Assembly (NCBI GenBank): GCA_003693705.1
Contig: RBZT01000684.1
Location: forward strand, 1 to 64,000
Direction of reading: 5' to 3'
Origin: Polymyxa betae A26-41
Taxonomy: Eukaryota > Protista > Endomyxa: Phytomyxea
Length of the DNA: 64,000 nucleotides
Made by a program: the position numbers and the translations under genes. Shown piece by piece: positions 1 through 12,010 of this stretch; position 1 is the first letter of the stretch, and each line of letters opens with the position of its first letter. Below the pieces are notes generated by a model. The model was not told the origin of the DNA. It was given only the letters and a program-made list of their open reading frames with translations, and searched no databases.

Positions 1-85
1 ATCTTCTCTGAGATCACGGACTTCCCGCAGTCCGCCGATTGGCCTTCCTCCAGGTGTCATTCTGAACTCGATTCTGTCGGCTGAA

Positions 86-977
86 ATGAATCGTCTGCTT
101 CTGGTCTTCATCGCCGTACTGGCTCAGCTCCTTTCTCTGCAATCAGCCAGGTATTGATTCTATCTGTGATTCTACAATGTATTAGCTGATGATATTGGTC
201 TATATTTAGAGGTCGCTTTTTGCTCGAGAACGATTCAAGTCCGTCCCCGTCTCCTGTGGCTCAACCTGCCATTCCATGGCTTCCGTTTGCATTGATCTCA
301 CCGTTCGTCTTCGTTGTCGGTGTCTACTCCCTGTTAGAATGCGTCATTCAAAGATCCAACCGGGCGAGAGCCATCCAAGAAACAATCCCTGATAATGTCG
401 TCCCTGTATTGCCACCACCTGAGCTGATCATCACCGAATCTGATCGCTTTAAGGTCTTTTGTTTTTTCACTTCTTTTTCTGCTCTCTGTTAAATTTTGTT
501 ATAGTTTCATGATCGAATTCATGATTTGTGCTGTGTTTGTCTGGATCTAAATATTGAACATTCATCACCCTGCTCAACAGATGAACTTTCAATATCTGTC
601 ACAGAAACAACTCCTTCAAATATTGAACTACCTTCATCAAGCTCAATGACAGAACAACCTAATTCTCAATTAGATACATTGACTGATCATGTAACATCAT
701 CACAATCCAAAGTTGGTTTTCTCCATTTCATTTCCATCATTTGAATATTCGTAAACCACTTTGTTTTCTGAATATTTCCCGGTTCTGACAAAATGTTTTA
801 TAGAAATCTGCGTGTCTACTGTGTGATGAAACCGGATTGGATTCAATTTGTAAGATGCCTTGTGGTCAACACTTCATACACAAAGATTGTACAATCGAAC
901 TGATTCGTGTTCGTGCTCGTGGTCGCATCTTTCCATGTCCAGAATGTCGTGCCACTTTTCCTACATCAAGATCATAA
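86..977 (+). CDS. Signal peptide + TM + RING-H2 putative E3 ubiquitin ligase (paralog 1), 4 exons: 86-150, 210-453, 505-711, 804-977
   Basis: The spliced frame is continuous over GT-AG introns. MNRLLLVFIAVLAQLLSLQSAR is a hydrophobic leader, WLPFALISPFVFVVGVYSLL a TM segment, and CLLC...MPCGQHFIHKDC...CPEC a RING-H2. Confidence 0.8.
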
Positions 978-1580
978 CCAAATACATCACACTTTCCCAC
1001 TTTTATATCCACAATATCATCACTGAACGTTATGAACTCATTTGCCGGTTCTTTCCATACATTTATGAACATCGAACTCAGGCCGGCTTTTACATCATGG
1101 TCCATCATTATTCTCAGACTGACAGAACAGCTGTCGTCCTATTTCCTATCATCAGAACGTTTTAGAAATTGTGTTTCTGAAACGTATACTCTAGTCTGAC
1201 TATGTAACATAGTAACCGTAGAGTGCCAGACTATTCCGGTATGATTTCTATCAACAGACACGATACGATTATAGAAATCAGAGACTGCATGACAAACTCA
1301 TGAAATAGCACAATTTTTCCAATTAATTTTCAAAACGTTTTCGTAAAAGTTAATTGATGAAGGGAGGCTATCCAGAGTTTCATACTCGGATTTAATAAAT
1401 CACTCGAAATGGAACCGATTTCTATCGACAATCCCGTCACTGAATAACATGAACAATCGCGCTCAAAGGTGTGTCGGAAGTCGTGCAAATCCACAAGATC
1501 GCTTTGATCTATGATCAATCCCACCTCGGAGATCATCACGGACTTCTCGCAGCCCTTCCATACTTGACCCCCCTGCAGAA

Positions 1581-2361
1581 ATGATTCGTCGTTTGGTCGT
1601 CGTCGTCGCCGTACTGGCCCTGCTGGCGTCGTTTTTCCAATCAGCCAGGTACTGGCTACGCGCCTCTTGTGCCAAAGCTGCTGACCTGTAGCTGTTTAGA
1701 TGCCGCCTCTTATTGGAAGGCGAATCGAGGCCGTCCCGATCACCTGTTCGGCTTGATCGAGACTCGATCGGAGCTCCCGATTATGGCCTGATCGTTGCCA
1801 AAGTGTCATCCGTCGCCTGGCTGCCAATGGCGATGTTTTTCGGCCATAAGCTGTGCCTCTATGTACTTGGACGATGCATAGAGCCTCCCCCTGAGTTAGA
1901 CATCACAGATGATGATCGCCGCCTTGTAAAACTTGTTGATTCCATTCACAACGGATTGTTCAATCTGTATGTAGTTTCATGAACGCCTTCATGGTCAATG
2001 CTCTATCTGTTTGGCCTTATTAACCGAACCATCTATCTTCACGAACGAACCAGCACCATTGGCCCAGCGGCCATTCAATTCGATTCCTTTCGATGTAAAA
2101 TTCCGGATTTTTCCACGTTTCTTTCTCCGCTGTTTTTTTTCAGTTTACGAAATGCTCGTTAATTTTGTTATCGAACTTTTGACATTTGTTTAGGATGAGG
2201 CCAGTACGGTCGGCGTTGCTATTAGTAAGATGCCTTGCGGTATTCACTTCATTCATCACGATTGCAAATATGAATGGCTCCGTAATCGTGATCCTTATCT
2301 CGACTTTTCTTGTCCAGAATGTATTCAATCGCGTCCTGTTGCCAATGTCATAAATCAATAA
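1581..2361 (+). CDS. Signal peptide + hydrophobic segment + RING-H2 putative E3 ligase (paralog 2), exons 1581-1648, 1700-1925, 1975-2094, 2194-2361
   Basis: Same exon layout and intron phases as paralog 1. Leader MIRRLVVVVAVLALLASFFQSAR; CSIC in exon 3; MPCGIHFIHHDC-W-CPEC in exon 4. The upstream motif gagatc..acggactt..cgcag is also shared. Confidence 0.8.
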
Positions 2362-3419
2362 ATCACGATTTCCGACTATTTAAATCCTCGAATTTTCACA
2401 GCAAAGTTTGCTTTCTCACGGACGCTCTTCGATAAGAAAATGAGATGTTCAAAATCAAGCGGCTTATAAGCAGCAGAGCTGTCTCTTGGAATTGGCCTTT
2501 TCCAGGGCGAATCTTCTCGCTCTGATACTGATGTAGTCGCCATTTTGGCCCCTTCCGGAACACCTCGGCATAATACCAGCAATATCTTATAGCAGGTTCA
2601 ATCATGGATTGGCCCCAACAGGTTTATCACGATAAAGGACATTTACAAAGGTCATTAGGGTTAGGGTTTGTGCGTGTGGCCAGACGAAACCAATCCCCTG
2701 TAGGTTGAAATGTAGCCCATCTAAGAATGGGCGCAGATTAGGCCATGTTGAACAAAATGAGAGACATTTTGTTCAACATTTTGTAGGCCAAAAGAAGTGA
2801 GAACGCAGAAGAGAAAAGTTCAATAATTTGGTTCAGGCTCAGGTCAATAGAAATCACGAAACGCAGGAGTCTATAGAGCTTTTGAACAACAAAAAGTCAA
2901 GCGGATGGGGACTTTCTATATCCATCAATGAGAATCTCTACGGCTGGTGAGACGATTCTGGAGCACTGATTGGAAGACAATGAAAGATTCGACTTAAATC
3001 GGTGAGCTTTGCAGCAGTTTCATAAGTTTACCTTACGAGCCCCGACAGTAATCTTTGCAGACGGCGATAAGCCCGAACAGTTCGGACAGTTTGGATCGGG
3101 ACAAAGCATTTTCTGGGCAGATTTCATTTTGTTCAGAACATCACCACTGCGCTCGCATGAACATTACGATATCAACTGAATGATTCTTGGTCTATTACGT
3201 AGACGAAAAAATGCCAAATTTGGAGATAACTGACGAAACTTGACCAGAAGCACGAGAATATTTAGAGGTTCTACAAGGTAATTAAACAGCAAAATTGGGC
3301 ATTTGCTTTCACTCATGCCGCTTTTACAGCTGGAGTCTATTCGACTCAGTGTCATGTGATTGCAAACTTTAAGATCTATTGAAACGTTAACTCACTCTTT
3401 TACCTATCAATGTCTCCTA

Positions 3420-3993
3420 CAGGTTTCCCCCGCACATAAGGCACAGTGCCTTGTATTTGAGTAGAAGGCACATGAGCCTTCTATTCGTGGTGTGCGCACT
3501 CACTATTTAAGGGATTGGATTATGGTCCCTTTATTCGAGGATTTTGAAGCTTAATATAATGAATCGAGTTTTCAACGTCAGTACCGCTCTTTTTAATTGA
3601 TATTGAAGTTCAGAACTCCGAACAAAAGTTGAAATAGAAGTATAATGTTGAAGGAGATGGCGCGACAGGACGTCCGGCCGTCTCAGACATGGATGTAATT
3701 CATTATTAAGGAAAGTGGGCCATAAAAAAATTAGACGGCGCGTCTTCCAGATACATCTGAAAAAAAGCTTGCGCTGCGCTGCAAAATGTTAACAAATGTC
3801 AAAAACCTCGAATATTATGCACTCGGACTTTCGCCAACAATGGAATTCAGAACCCATGAATAGAAGGCATACTTTACGTTACCTTGAATACAGGGCATAT
3901 GCCTTATCTTCGAGGGATAGACTACCGTAGGCGAGAATGGCAAAAAATATCCCCTTTGAAAATAAGGCATACCTTATGTGCGGGGGAAAACGG
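3420..3993. mobile_element. Non-autonomous DNA transposon (MITE), pogo/Tc1-mariner-like
   Basis: TIRs of about 22 bp: CAGGTTTCCCCCGCACATAAGG (3420-3441) and CCTTATGTGCGGGGGAAAACGG (3972-3993). TA on the left flank, repeated subterminal AAGGCA..GCCTT motifs, no ORF. Confidence 0.7.
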
Positions 3994-4128
3994 TTGCTAC
4001 CAGTCTACACACGGACAATGCGAATGATAAAACTGCGAACGCCACATCTCTATTAACCCAACAAGAGGGAGTCGTTGTCGTCAGCTCCCTGCTCGTTTAG
4101 ATTAAGAGTCCCAAGTCCCAACTCCACC

Positions 4129-4730
4129 ATGAGCGACGCTCCCAAAAAAACTGCACTTGTACCGATATTCAATGGAGCCAAGTTTTCGCAGTGGCGCCAC
4201 CGAATGGCAAATCTAATGGAAAAGGGCCTTGACGAGATAACCGGAATCAACCCGATTACTCTCATGCTCATGGATTCTGCTCCAATCCGACCATGATTAT
4301 TGTTGTTGATGAAAAAGCGTTATTCTTATAGGAGACGCCAAGCGCAAAGCCCGAGCCTCAAATCAGAATCGTTTCAACAATACTGTCGTCTGCAGGACAG
4401 CACATGCGACATGGGCTGTGCTCCATGCCAAATATCAATATACGTCCGTGGGCGCCATAATTTCTGCTCTTAAGTCGTAAGGCAGCACTTCCAAAGGAGA
4501 AAGACCATGTAATTTATATTACGGATCTACACAACAAGTGCTGCACCCGCAGAACGGTTAATCCGTAAAGGGGTTCCAGAAGCACAATCAAAACCAGAAA
4601 ACCGCACATCGGAGTTCAAGATGGAGAGCAGCGACGCAATTCTGGCGACGTGCCCGACGGCGCTCAAGGACCTGATCTGCGCGATCATCAATGGCGCCCT
4701 ACCTACGATATCCGGGGAGAATAAGTGAAT
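4129..4730 (+). pseudogene. Degenerate Ty1/Copia gag fragment
   Basis: PIFNGAKFSQWRHRMANLMEKGL matches the Copia gag N-terminal F-x-G-x-N/K-Y/F-x-x-W-x-x-R-M...GL pattern. Downstream stops and frameshifts. Confidence 0.55.
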
Positions 4731-5475
4731 CGCTAAACAGTGCGGAGGAGAAAATCAGAGATTGAAAAGAGGGCAAAACAGATGAGCGAAAACAAAACTG
4801 TTTGATTTTTGGGAAATTGTTGAAATATTTTGATTATGGTGGCAGCGCTCCCGAGGAGGCAGATCTACAATTCCTCACCCAGCTTGGCCTACGAAGTTTG
4901 CTTTCTCCAAAACAATCGTTCCGATTGCGTGACGCTCTTCGACAGGATGCTGATTACACAGCCATGAAAATGCATCAAGGTTAAAATCGACTGATTCATT
5001 ATCTTGTTCTCTAAATGGTTTATAGGCAGCACGCTGCTCCAGCACAAAATTCTGTCAAATTTGCCTGCCGAAATCATCGCTCATATCCACATCATCTGCC
5101 AGCAATTTCTTTTGCCTGGTGCGCGATCAGTGTTTCCCTGTCTCGATTTCCAATTCGAAACCACCGTTGACGATCTGTATAAACCAGTATCGTCGCCAGC
5201 ACAAGTGAGTTAAGCACTTCAGATTCATTTAGGGTTTAAGGCCCTCACCAAATGCTTATCTAGCAGATTTCCCACGCTGGTTCTATTCTCCAGGAAAATC
5301 TTGGCGTTCTCCTAACCCTTAAGCGTTGGCGCCATTCACTGATAGGAATTAGAACCGACATTGAAATTGGAAATTTAGAACTGGTGAGACATTTCTCGCA
5401 ATCCGTGAGATTCATACCGCTGCCATCTCACTTTCTACGCTCTTCACTCTCTCTCCCTCTCTTTCATTTCTCTTA

Positions 5476-6085
5476 ATGGTGAAAACCGAAGTCCGAGTGT
5501 TTTCCTGCGGCTGCGATGGTGGCCGCCGTGAATGGGGAACTCTTCAGCATCTGAAGAAACACCTTCTGATCGGGAAACCTGCATGTGTATGCCCTCGGCC
5601 TGTTACCGGGATCGCGGAGCCGCTTGCCATCGTGATGTACTCTCCTGGTGTGGTCCGATCTGGGATCAGGTCCGTGCTAATCGAAGTTGTTGCTCCTGTG
5701 TCAATGATCCAGTTCGGCTTCTTGCTAGCTCCGATCGAGAACGCGTTGTTGGCTGTCTGGATTTCATCGGTAATCTTGCGGTTTGAGCTGGTTTAGTGCC
5801 GATTTTGGTTTTCAGGCTTGTCTTTGCTCTTACATCGTTTCTCGAAGTTGCCAGTCGCTTCACATTTCTCTCCTTAAGATCAATGATGCTCGAACTCGTA
5901 CCGTCGATGGCATCTGGCAGATGTTATCTGTTTTTGACAATCCCAATCGCGAACGCTCTGCTGAACTTGATCTTTTGAATCTTAAACAAGGCAATATGCC
6001 TGTATCGTCTTACTCTTAATCCGCCGAGTTCCGTCGTTATGCTGTTGATACTCGCTGGAATGATGCTGCCAAAGAGGCCATGTTG
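5476..6085 (+). pseudogene. Degenerate Ty3/Gypsy gag (retrotransposon capsid) fragment
   Basis: FDNPNRERSAELDLLNLKQGNMPVSSYS followed, after a disruption, by AEFRRYAVDTRWNDAA. This is the typical Gypsy gag LxQG..V..Y...F....W.D homology region. Confidence 0.65.
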
Positions 6086-6199
6086 ATATCATAATTATAA
6101 GCATCTGCAGCATCATTCAACGAGACCACAATATCACCTTTCCATTCATCGTACTCGCTGTCTGAAAGTTTTACATTTAGCTTTTCGTCGTGATTTGGA

Positions 6200-6844
6200 T
6201 CACGCTATTATCGACAGCATTGCCCTGAAACGTTGACAATCCTTTGTTCCAAGAAGGAAAACCTTACCCCACATTGATGGCGCGTCCGCAGCCCTTAGGC
6301 GCCCAGCAGCGGTTCGTAATGCTTTAGATCGCATTCGAGACTGCGTTTGTGAATTGACGCGCGTCGACGACACTGAATAACCCGATCGACAACGTTGTGA
6401 CGCTACCCGACCGCATTTTTCCGAATTCACGAACGGATCACGAAGGCAACCGCGATCCACAGATTGATTGATAACCACATTGCGAGGAAGTTGAACGCGA
6501 CGATAACCCAGATGCAGAAGTGGAACACGTATAGCGTATAATGTCAACCTTTCCGAGGCCTCAGCGCTGAGGAAAAAAACGAAGACGAAGACGAATTTGA
6601 CCACAATGATGGACCAACGTCAGCCGATGAGGCGATGAGTGCCCCGATCCCGTCGCATATTGTGCGAATGCCGACCTGCAAGCAGTAAAGCTTGCCTTAT
6701 TTTGGAAAGGTGCTGGGCGTGTTCGCTACGGTACGCGTTCTTCAAATTCATGCGCAAAATTTCTCACTCCGGAATTTTGGTTTTTCTTACTGGCAATGCT
6801 TTGCGTAGCGAATCGAACGGCCACGGAGGATCTTCCGCTTCCAT
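6200..6844 (-). CDS. Small hypothetical intron-containing protein, possibly with a TM segment; structure uncertain
   Basis: ATG MEAEDPPWPF followed by a GTAAG donor, a hydrophobic frame (FHFCIWVIVAFNFLAMWLSINLWIAVAFVI), and several GT/AG sites on the minus strand. Confidence 0.3.
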
Positions 6845-7109
6845 CTATTTGCAGCGATCTTCAGCAAGCGACTGATAATGTTCATGTCTGCAACGGAGTC
6901 CTTTTATGAAAAATCAATTAATTCATCGCTGCTGGCGATATGTAATTCGATTGTTTTATCAAACTTAAATTATTCTGTAATGACGAGCAACATCTGACGA
7001 TAACAATGCGAGCCAACATGCGGCTAGCTCGAAAGTCATTCAACAGAGCAAGTCATTACTCGAACAGGTGTCAGACTTTCTTGTCATACAGACCCTTCAA
7101 TTATTTTTT

Positions 7110-10100
7110 CATCTCGACGTACTTGGGGGTTCTTCACGTTTTTGAAGAGTCTTTAAAGCCTCTGCTCTTGCGATTTTCTCCCTATAATTCAATAAACAAA
7201 AGTTCGGTCATGGTCCATACCAGTTTAGACTTCAGCAGCATCAATTCAGTCTTAATGGAATTCAGCTTCGACTGCTTGCTTTCGAATTCCTCATCAGAAT
7301 GTGATTCGTCGTCCAGGTAGATTATGAAGGGATCGCCAGGCTTCTTTGCAATACAAAGCGTTGACGATGGTGACCTTAAGCTATCCAGAAAGGATCTGGC
7401 TTCAAGAACAGATGAGCTTACTTCAGGTTCCATTACAGCTGAAATAGGGTCGGGCTTTGGTCTTCTTCCATCCGAGATGGACAAATGAGCTTGAATAGCA
7501 AAATCTACAAAAAGGCTACGCTCAGATAATCATGGAAAGAGAGATAAACATTCGCAAAAATGAAGCATATTCTTGAATTATAGGTAAATGGACCTGATTT
7601 ATCGGCAACCGATGTCAAATCTGAGAACGTGCCGCTCGGCCGAGAAATCTGTGGATAATCAGCTTGTTGTGAGGCCTTGGCCTGACTTGAATGTGGGAGA
7701 GTCGCAGACAGGCAATAGCAATGACGATACCTTCACAAGAGAATCAAAACTGGATGGAGCTTGAGTCTTATATTCGCTGACATCGGTGGGAGCTTCAATA
7801 AAGGAAAACGAGGAAGCCTTGTTAACCAGATTTGAAGAAGATCCAACTTGACGGTACTGATCGGCGTGATCTTGTGAAAGATTTGATCCTGAAACCGACG
7901 TCGTCTGCGACTAAGAAATAAGAAATTGGAACGAAGACAGAACGGAAGCCACGAACCGAAATAAGGCCAGAAAAGAGTAGAGTCTGTGGGGCAGATAGAC
8001 CTTGATGCTGGGACTGGGAAGAGTACATCTCGCGTTCGCTTCGCACCCTTTTATTAGGAGGCTCATGCATTAAAACGAAATCTCTCTTCCTTGGAGAAGT
8101 TGTAGGTTGTAGAACCGGATCCGGAGGTTCTCGTTTAATGCGAACGATGGGCTCAGCCTGAGATGATCGTGGTGGCTCTGGTAGTGACGATCCAATTATT
8201 GATTCAGGGCGAAGTAATTGTGAAGCATTAAGAGGAGCGAGAATTGCCGGTCTAGGCTGAGAAGCAAGAATTTCTCTCTCAGGCTGCAAAAATACCGGTT
8301 CCGATGACACTTGGGAAGCTGGCTCAGGAAATGCAGGTGAATCCAGATCCATAGAGGATGCGGTGTCGGAATCATCGTCCTCGCTCGAAGATATGGTTGA
8401 TAACGCCAATTTATCAAATCGTGAATCTACACGCCTCTAAAGATGATACTGAACAAGAGCGATATTCGTAACAAGACTGCCTCTTACCTGATTAAATTTT
8501 ACAGTGTCACCAAGTTTTCTTTTCTGAATATAAAGCACTGACTGTCTTGCAATTTGGTGTCTAGCTGCCTTCTTGGAATTAGAATGACTGACCGCCTGAA
8601 TTTTCAAAGGAGGTTGGGCCTTTTTTAAATTGAAAGTCGCAATAAATCCATCAGCCTGGCTTTTGACCCCAATGGTATCGGAAGGTGTCTTAACTTGCGG
8701 GTAGTTTTTCTGAATCCAAGTCATCAAAAGTTGAAGATAATTATGCCCAGCACGAAGGCAAGCGTCAATCGAGATAGGGTTCGCAGATAATAATCGCGAG
8801 TTTGAAATGGTGTTGGAGGAGTTGGACCGTTTAGACGGTTTGCTCTGATTATCCGATTTCTCTTTGACTTTTCTTGAAGACGAGGATGCTGATTGAGGCG
8901 CAGCATGGTTAATAACCGGTTTCACATCAACCTGTGCCTGAGATAACGATTGTGACGATGGCTTCGGGGCCGCCGAAGTTTGCATGCTGCTTGAACTTCT
9001 GGTCTCGATTCGCTTGGATTTTGCAGCGGCTTTAGCACCTTCTCCAACAGTTCCAAATATCGAATCTTTCAATTCAGCATAAGTTAGTAACGCTTCACTA
9101 ATATGTCTTCTCAATAAGTCAAGAGCAGCAGTGGGCAACAGTTTCTGAGTTCGTCGACGTTCCTGGACAGCTTTGGCAACAGCTGGCTTGGGCGGCATAG
9201 CAAACGGGACACAAAGCGATTGGTCCATGGTGATGGGGACTGAGATAATCGCAGGAGGTTTATCAATGTCCATGTCCATCCCTGAAGCCTGTTCTAATCC
9301 ATCATCAACTGCGACCGATTGAACCTGGAAAGGCCGTGTCGATGAGTTTGAATAAACTTCATCACGAAGTTCCTTCCAGGGCCTGTATGGCATCGACAAT
9401 TCGATCTTCGGGACATTGACTGTTCGTTCGAACAGTAAATATTTTTTCTGGTTATTCTTCACCAAAAGCGGAGTAGCCAGAGAAGACAAACGTTTTGGAG
9501 CAGGCGTCAGCTGCAGGATACTTCCTGAAACAAAAGGTCTTAAACAAATCGAAATTCGCTGAAATCTGAAAGAAATACTTGAATGGTTGTTGTGTGTAGA
9601 AAAGGCATCGTCATCGAGGCTGTTTTCATGGAACAAATCACCCAGAGGACGCTTATCAATCTCAGTACCTGTCGAATGCCGAGAAAAGTTAATCATAAAC
9701 AAAAAAGGCGCTGCAGCTACCTTGTCTTGGAAAAACAGTAGTTGTATCGGAAGGAACGCCATCAGGTAAAAAGGCAACAGCACCCCATTCTAAGCGAATA
9801 ATATCAGTAGTGGCTTCCAGAAATCGAGAGCTCGACCTGGTGCAAACTGACGATTTGGATCATCGCAATCTGACTCGACTTCGGAATCCGAAGAAAGGTC
9901 GTTCGATGGGAATACTGACGACAGGTGGAGATTGTGGACATCTTATAGCAATGAGATAGAGCCTCAAACTGTATAAGCACTTGGAAAACACCTGGCCTGA
10001 CTTCAACGTCTCGATTTAATCGCACCGTGAATGCCTCATCTGGGATTAACAATAATAAGGAATGAGTACGCAAACGAAAATGCAATGCACGACCGATTGG

Positions 10101-11137
10101 TTGAATGAAAAACAAACATAAAAAGCGAAAAAAACAACGTAAGTTATAGGTGATGGCAGTATTACCTTGTGAAACGATTTCTCGCTCTCTTGGGGCAGCA
10201 AGGGATGTCACCGTCGCCCAGCCAGAATCATCATTCCAATCATCTTGAGAAAAACCTTAGAGAATAACTCCAACAAAACATGCATTGTAGTAATACCTTC
10301 TGACTCGTAATCATCTTCCATCGAACGATCAGGAGAAACAAAACGATGGCCCTCTTCTGAACAAATGTCATTCAATAAAGAGAATTGTTGGGCAAGTCAA
10401 AGGAGTACGCTTAAGTTGAATGCCGTCTTGATGACCACGATCATTACTGTCCCTTGATTCAGCAGTAAAGCCTTTAACATTATGAAAATTATGGCCAGTG
10501 TTACGAATATAAAATTACCATTTTGCAGCAACGATAAATGATTCAAATTAGAAGTTGCAGGTTCTAAAACAGCCTTAACAGAAAATAAACCATTCGAGTG
10601 TTCAAACCATTATTGTTTTGCTTGGTTTCAGGAACGAGATTGTATCTGATTTCCTCTGTTATGAAGGGTCATGATTAATTCAGGTCAAAACATTACAAAT
10701 TACGCTTCAGGTCTCTGATTTCGGGCAGAAGTTTTTCTGACAGTGATTAAGACAAAAGCCCGAATAACAGTCAACAGTTTCAGACCTAGAAGCTGCATAC
10801 TTCGTGCTATGGCACTTTTCTGTTTTGATGACAGCTCCACACGATTAATATCAGAATAATCACGAAAATAAGTATAGACTGCAACAAAAACTGTAGAATC
10901 TTTTCCCAGATTTTCATTGTCGTCGTCATCATCAAATAATAATTCAATTCGATTTGCCAACAGCATCAACATTGGCGGTGCCGAACAATGTCGGAATCGT
11001 GTTCCGATAGAAGCCGCAGAGTCGGTCGGGACCAGCCTCCTACGGACTGACCACGGCTGATCTGTATTTGTATTTCGCCTCCAGGCGCATCCCTCGATCA
11101 GACAGCAGCCGATGAATTGATCATCCTCATCGTCCAT
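7110..11137 (-). CDS. Large multi-exon low-complexity protein with one dsRNA-binding (dsRBD-like) domain; may be more than one gene
   Basis: Long exon ORFs (448, 195, 163 aa). NYLQLLMTWIQK...GFIATFNL...SNSKKAARHQIARQSVLYI (about 8520-8745) fits the dsRBD alpha-beta-beta-beta-alpha pattern with KKxA. Confidence 0.5.
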
Positions 11138-12010
11138 GACAATGGTGACGAAATGGGCGGCTGGCAACACAACAGAGCTTTTCGAATGCATCGAAAAGTG
11201 CGTTCCGCAGCAGCAACAGCAATCCTCAGTTACAGAATAGCAACCTATTTGCTATTTTACAGAATCTTGCTCTTGGGCTTGTCAGCAGCAGCGGGCAGGC
11301 GGTAGTCGGTCGATATCGGCTTTGTTGGCGGGTGTCTCCAAACCAACCGAGAGTTTTAGAGATTTTGTCTCGGACGTTTTACTGGTCGAATGTGAATTAT
11401 CTCGGCTGACGCCCAGATATCCCACCTCTAAATGACACTGCACTGCTCAGAATGGTAATAAGAAGCTACGAAATGATCATCTGATGTACTGTATCTTTTT
11501 TCCTGGTTTATACTTGTATTCTCTTACAGTCCTATTACAGCTTGATCTTTGAAATGTCAAATTTGTCAGTTTGCAACCATGAAATTCAGTTTTTTTCTTT
11601 GTGCCTAGGAAATCGGTACTGTTTATTAGAACATTTTTGATGACTAGCATGAACCTCGTTATCCGATTATACCTCATTATATTGCATCTTATCGTCTTAA
11701 TTCTCAAAGGATTGCATCAACGACTTCGTAAAGATGAAATTGAATCGAATCGCCTAGTTTGTTGAATATACTCAATTGACGTTGCTGTCATTTCCATCAC
11801 AATGCCAATACTGGCGTTCTGGCTATCTCAGAACTGAAACAATACACCCGTAGTTCGAAAGGAGTGCAACTAGCCACAGAGGTCATTTATAATCCTCAAT
11901 GGCACCCACATCTACGATATCGATCTCAGTCCGATATTTCAGAAAGAGCAGTGTCGATTCTGAAGGTACCGTTTCTAGTATGCTGATATCACTGTCGACT
12001 CGTTCCTGAT

